Assembly: GCA_021814145.1 (NCBI GenBank)
Contig: JAKAIY010000003.1
Coordinates: 1 to 61,200, forward strand
From: Chloroflexota bacterium
GTDB taxonomy: Bacteria; Chloroflexota; Ktedonobacteria; Ktedonobacterales; JADMIN01
Reading direction: 5' to 3'
Length of the DNA stretch: 61,200 nt
Below the pieces are notes generated by a model that was given only the letters and a program-made list of their open reading frames with translations, ran no database searches and was not told where the DNA came from. Numbering within the stretch: the stretch's first letter is position 1; each line of letters starts with the position of its first letter. Position numbers and translations under genes: made by a program. This document shows positions 56,918-61,200 of this stretch, one piece after another.

Positions 56918-57265
56918 GCTCTCGCTCCTTAATCAAGCATACTTCAGAAGAGACAAAGCGGCTGAGTATAGCACATCCCACTCGCCCCACGCCTGGCCTT
57001 GCGCCACAGGGGCGGCTTGCGAATGGTCGCTGTGAGGCCCGGCAGGTAAACTCGCGCCCACAGGCCGCTGGCCGCGAAGCCCGCCGGAGCGGGCTGGGAC
57101 GCGGCGGCCCGTGTCCGGCTATGAGAACCGGCGGAGACGGGGTTTTGCGGCGACGCGAGCCGCCCTGAGGCGCGAATTTATCCACCTGCCTGCTCGCGCG
57201 GAGCCGCCAGGTGATATACTGGCGCCGCGCGGCGCGCGCACTGGGATGAGCGGGAGTGTGAATTG

Positions 57266-58177
57266 ATGAGCGAGCGGCGACCTCTGCCGGGTGAGCGTGT
57301 GGACCGGCCCGTCACAACCTTCTCGATTGTCGGGCGCGATGCGGAGACAGGCGATCTGGGCATCGCCGTCCAGTCGAAGTTTCTGGCGGTAGGCGCGGTC
57401 GTGCCGTGGGCGCGGGCCGGGATTGGCGCGGTGGCGACACAGTCATGGGCCAATACGAGCTATGGCCCGCGCGGGCTGGAGGCGCTGGCGGCGGGCCGCT
57501 CCGCGCAGGAGACGCTGGACGCGCTGGTCGCGGCGGACGACCGGCCAGAGCAGCGACAGGCGGGGATCGTGGATGCGCGTGGCGGCTCAGCGACCTATAC
57601 AGGGCCGGGCTGCTTCCCCTGGGCAGGCGGCATCGCCGGGCCAAACTTCGCGGCGCAGGGGAATATCCTGGTCGGTGAGGCGACGGTGGTCGCGCTGGCG
57701 GAAACATTCCAGGCGGCGACAGGCCCCCTGTGGCGGCGGCTGCTGGCGGCGCTGGCGGCGGGTCAGGCCGCGGGCGGCGACAGCCGCGGGCAGCAGTCGG
57801 CGGCGCTGCTGGTGGTGCGCGAAGCGGGCGGCTACGGCGGCTTCAACGACCGCTTCATTGATCTGCGCGTGGATGACCATCCTCATCCAATCAGGGAGCT
57901 GGCGCGGCTGATGGACATCCACGAACTGCTCTTCTTCAAGCCCGCGCCGGAGGACATGCTGCCGCTGGACGCCGCGCTGACCGCTGAGCTCCAGGGCTTG
58001 CTCGCCCGCAGCGGCGACTACGCCGGCCCGGTGAGCGGCGCCTACGATGAGCTGACTTTCCGCGCGCTGGAGCGCTATGGCGGGCGCGAGAACCTGGAGG
58101 AGCGGCTGGCGCATGATGCCAGCGACGCGCGGATTGACCGCAAAGTGATGGAGTATCTGCGCGAGCATATCCAGTAG
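57266..58177 (+). CDS. DUF1028 Ntn-hydrolase with putative peptidoglycan-binding C-terminus
   Basis: TFSIVGRD...QSKFLAVGAVVP, GGDSRGQQSAA, DLRVDDH. Confidence 0.9.
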   Translation: MSERRPLPGERVDRPVTTFSIVGRDAETGDLGIAVQSKFLAVGAVVPWARAGIGAVATQSWANTSYGPRGLEALAAGRSAQETLDALVAADDRPEQRQAGIVDARGGSATYTGPGCFPWAGGIAGPNFAAQGNILVGEATVVALAETFQAATGPLWRRLLAALAAGQAAGGDSRGQQSAALLVVREAGGYGGFNDRFIDLRVDDHPHPIRELARLMDIHELLFFKPAPEDMLPLDAALTAELQGLLARSGDYAGPVSGAYDELTFRALERYGGRENLEERLAHDASDARIDRKVMEYLREHIQ

Positions 58178-58201
58178 CCAGGCGCGAGAGACAGGGATCA
58201 C

Positions 58202-58975
58202 ATGACGCGGTTTGTGACAGCGCCAGACGGCGTGCGCGTCGCCTATGAGGTGGAGGGCGCGGGGCCACCGCTGCTCTTCCTTCACGGCCTGTCAGGCTCC
58301 CGCGGCTACTGGCGCGAGTCCGGCTACTTCGACGCGCTGAGCGGACGTTTCACCCTGGTCGCGATGGACACGCGCGGCTTTGGCGAGAGCGGCGCGCCGG
58401 ATGATCCGGCGGCCTACACGGAGGATCGCGTGCTGGGTGACACGCTCGCCGTGATGGACGCGGTCGGCGCGGAGCGGTTTATGGTCTGGGGCCACTCCTT
58501 CGGCGCGACCATCGCGCGGCAGCTTGGCGCGACGAGTGACCGCGCCATGCGGATCATCATGGCTGGGGGCCATTTCGGCGTCATCTTTGACGCTGAGCAG
58601 GTCGCCGAGCTGGAGGCTGAGCTGGAGCCGCTGGCGGACGCGCTGGCGGCGTCAGACCTGACCGCGGCGCTGGACGCGCTGGACGCGCCGCCAGAAGAGC
58701 GCGAGGCGTCGCTGGTGTTTCCGGCGCGGACCACGCTGCTGACGGCGCGCAGCCTGGCGAGCTGGCGGCCATTCCAGCCAGCGGACCTGCGCTGCCCGGC
58801 CCTGGTCATCGCCGGGACACGCGATACGCGCGTGCTGGAGGCGCTGGAGCCGCAGCGTGAGGCGCTGCGCGCGGCGGGAGCGCGGCTGGCGGTTCTGCCC
58901 GGCCTCGATCACGGACAGCTCGTGACGGAGCGCGAGGCGGTTCTCGCGGTGGCGCTGCCATTTCTGAGCGAATAG
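58202..58975 (+). CDS. Alpha/beta fold hydrolase
   Basis: LHGLSG, DTRGFGES, GHSFG, GLDH. Confidence 0.9.
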   Translation: MTRFVTAPDGVRVAYEVEGAGPPLLFLHGLSGSRGYWRESGYFDALSGRFTLVAMDTRGFGESGAPDDPAAYTEDRVLGDTLAVMDAVGAERFMVWGHSFGATIARQLGATSDRAMRIIMAGGHFGVIFDAEQVAELEAELEPLADALAASDLTAALDALDAPPEEREASLVFPARTTLLTARSLASWRPFQPADLRCPALVIAGTRDTRVLEALEPQREALRAAGARLAVLPGLDHGQLVTEREAVLAVALPFLSE

Positions 58976-59000
58976 CAAGGTGAAAACAGGAATAGCGAAC

Positions 59001-60272
59001 ATGGCGAGCGAGCGTGACGAAGCGGCGGAACAGGAGGCGGCCATGCCCGGCGGGCGTGCGGCGCACGATGGCGAGATGGAGCCCCTGAAGGCGGGAGAGC
59101 CACTGCGCTTCCGCGTGGTTAGCCGCGACGCGCGCTCGCGGGCGCGGGCCGGGCTGCTGCTGACACCGCATGGCCTGGTACGGACGCCAGTGTTCATGCC
59201 GGTAGGGACGCACGCGACCGTGAAGGCGGTTGGGCCGGACGATCTGGAGGCGATCGGCGCGAGCGTCGTCCTCTCGAACACGTACCATCTGCTGCTGCGC
59301 CCAGGGCCGGAGCTGGTGGCGCGGTTTGGCGGGCTGCATGGCTTCATGCGCTGGCCGGGGCCGATCCTGACCGATAGCGGCGGCTTCCAGGTGTTCAGCC
59401 TGGGCAAGCTGCGCGAGGTAACGGATGCGAAAGTCACATTCCGCTCGCACCTGGACGGCGCCGAGGTGGTGATGACGCCGGAGAGCGTGATGCATACCGA
59501 GGCGCTGCTTGGGGCCGACATCATCCTGCCGTTGGATGAATGCCTGCCCTATCCCTGCGCGCCAGAGGCGGGAAAGGCGGCGACGGAGCGCACGCACCGC
59601 TGGGCCGAGCGGGCGCTGGCGGCGCGCGAGCGTCCGGGCGAGCAGGCGCTCTTCGGCATTCCCCAGGGCTCGATGGACGCGGCGCTGCGGGCGGAGAGCG
59701 CACGCTTCACCGGATCGCTGCCGTTCGATGGCTTCAGCATCGGCGGGCTTTCAGTCGGCGAGCCGAAGCCGCTGATGTGGACGATGCTGGAGGCGACCAT
59801 CCCAGAGCTGCCGGACGGCAAGCCACGCCACCTGCTGGGCGTTGGCTCGCCGGATGACCTGCTCGAAGGCATCGAGCGCGGCGTGGACATGTTCGACTGC
59901 GTGCTGCCGACGCGAACGGCGCGCACTGGCGGACTGTACACGGCAAGCGGGCGGCTCAACATCCGCTCGGCGCCGTTCCGCGAAGAGCGCGGGCCGGTAG
60001 ACCCGACGTGCGACTGCTATACCTGCCGGACGTTCAGCGCGGGCTATCTGCATCATCTGATCCGCGCGGAAGACGACGAGAGCCGGGGCGAACTGCTCTA
60101 CTACCGGCTGGCGAGCATCCACAATCTGCGCTTCCTGATCCGGCTGGTGGAAGGCGCGCGCGCGGCGATCATCGCCGGAACGTTCCCAGAGTACAAGGCC
60201 GCGTTTCTGGCGGGCTTCACGCCACCAGACCGCGAGGCGGAAGAGCGGAAGCGCCAGCGACCGCGCGGCTAA
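59001..60272 (+). CDS. tgt: tRNA-guanine(34) transglycosylase
   Basis: TPVFMPVGT, NTYHL, TDSGGFQVFSL, LDEC, GGLSVGE, DMFDCVLPTR; Zn site CDCYTC...H. Confidence 0.97.
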   Translation: MASERDEAAEQEAAMPGGRAAHDGEMEPLKAGEPLRFRVVSRDARSRARAGLLLTPHGLVRTPVFMPVGTHATVKAVGPDDLEAIGASVVLSNTYHLLLRPGPELVARFGGLHGFMRWPGPILTDSGGFQVFSLGKLREVTDAKVTFRSHLDGAEVVMTPESVMHTEALLGADIILPLDECLPYPCAPEAGKAATERTHRWAERALAARERPGEQALFGIPQGSMDAALRAESARFTGSLPFDGFSIGGLSVGEPKPLMWTMLEATIPELPDGKPRHLLGVGSPDDLLEGIERGVDMFDCVLPTRTARTGGLYTASGRLNIRSAPFREERGPVDPTCDCYTCRTFSAGYLHHLIRAEDDESRGELLYYRLASIHNLRFLIRLVEGARAAIIAGTFPEYKAAFLAGFTPPDREAEERKRQRPRG

Positions 60273-60718
60273 AAGCCATGCTCTTTGTGCGCCCACTCCC
60301 AGAAGGCGTTGGATGTCGCGATGATGGTGCTGGTGAAGTCGTCGAGCAATTCCTGGTGAATGCCCTTCTCGAGATCGAGCTGGCCTTCGAGCATGATGCG
60401 CCCATACGAGCGCCCAGCGTCTTGCCGCATGCGGAGATACGCTTTGGGCCAGCGCTTCTCGGTGTTCCATGTATTGCACATGCGGATCGCGCGCTCAACA
60501 TCCAGAGGCTGGATAATGGTCGTGGATTCAGTGTAGATCGCGTAGATCTGGCCCATATTGCCGCTTGCCATCAGCATAACCGACATCTCATTGCCGCGAT
60601 CAACATCAAAGCCAAACTGGACGATAAAGTCACCGTCACTGTCGCGCAAATAGCGCAGCCCGGTTGATTTGAGGAACTGCTCGATCATCGAGCGGTCAAA
60701 CTGGCTGACGATAGCCAT
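60269..60718 (-). CDS. YbjN-domain (sensory transduction regulator-like) protein
   Basis: YLRDSDGD, CNTWNTEKRWPKAY. Confidence 0.75.
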   Translation of the reverse strand: MAIVSQFDRSMIEQFLKSTGLRYLRDSDGDFIVQFGFDVDRGNEMSVMLMASGNMGQIYAIYTESTTIIQPLDVERAIRMCNTWNTEKRWPKAYLRMRQDAGRSYGRIMLEGQLDLEKGIHQELLDDFTSTIIATSNAFWEWAHKEHGF

Positions 60719-60962
60719 CTAGACACCCCCTCGCCCTTCTACGCACACCACGATCACGATATGGAAAGCCGCCGCGAGCCTGACGGCGCTCTCCCTCTAT
60801 AATTGAACGATAGCGTAGTAAAATGCCGCCTAATCGAGCTAACTGTAGCACTGTTATACGCCATCGCTTCCTGTTTAGCAAGAGGCGCTCTGGTGGGGCC
60901 AGATCAGGGCTTGTGAAGAGTCGCCGGCGCCGCCGGTCGCGCCGGGTGGCGTGGGCGCGCGC

Positions 60963-61200
60963 TCACGAGGTCAAGAGCTGGAGCCGCTCGCGACTCAGCA
61001 CAGCGATCCGTCCGTGCGAGCCGCTGATCGCGCCCGCCGCTTCGAGCTCCTTGAGCGCGCGGCCCACCATCTCCCGCGCGGTGCCGGCCATCGCGGCGAT
61101 CTCCTGCTGGGTGAGCCGGCGCTGTGGCTGCTCGCCGCGCTCCGCGCGTTCCTCCTGCTCGAGCAGAATCTTGGCCACCCGCGCCCGCACATGCCGGAAC
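60963..61200 (-). CDS. Crp/Fnr-family transcriptional regulator (partial, C-terminal HTH)
   Basis: LTQQEIAAMAGTAREMVGRALKELEAAGAI. Confidence 0.9.
   Translation of the reverse strand, partial: FRHVRARVAKILLEQEERAERGEQPQRRLTQQEIAAMAGTAREMVGRALKELEAAGAISGSHGRIAVLSRERLQLLTS

Noticed and set aside
1-61200. Many long antisense or alternate-frame ORFs (e.g. 38269-39669, 39727-41094, 15742-16956, 18138-19286, 48234-49514)
   Set aside because: They shadow recognisable genes, are Arg/Ala/Gly/Pro-rich and have no motifs. This is expected from stop-codon scarcity at high GC.
1-61200. CRISPR array, rRNA, prophage or integrase at the tRNAs
   Set aside because: No repeat-spacer periodicity, no rRNA sequence, no integrase, and no duplicated tRNA 3' end seen.

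Overview
High-GC bacterial chromosomal window of about 55 genes. Gene content suggests Chloroflexota, probably Ktedonobacteria, but this is inference only. Housekeeping genes: queA, tgt, glmU, birA, obgE, yceD/DUF177, tRNA-Gln(TTG), tRNA-Ile2(CAT) and two CNNM/CorC-type proteins. Signalling and accessory loci: (1) a co-oriented run of Ser/Thr kinase-beta-propeller, pseudokinase-PP2C, degenerate J-vWA and SDR genes; (2) an orphan TadE-TadE-TadG pseudopilin locus; (3) a rearranged paaA-D-B-C-like diiron epoxidase operon with a split PaaD and visible TetR operators; (4) an ECF sigma/ZAS anti-sigma pair; (5) an ANTAR response regulator followed by RicT. The left edge looks like an IS256-family end that has truncated a GNAT gene, and a nearby nitrilase-family gene carries an in-frame TAG. 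Two elements stand out, both largely invisible to the ORF track. The first is a ~255-nt unit upstream of birA, bounded by a promoter and a terminator, in which a perfect 17-bp Shine-Dalgarno/anti-Shine-Dalgarno inverted repeat clamps a 24-codon ORF. The second is a CsrA with a ~125-aa prion-like disordered tail, preceded by a ~1-kb structured GGA-rich non-coding region and faced by two small ORFans. No CRISPR array, rRNA or prophage was seen.
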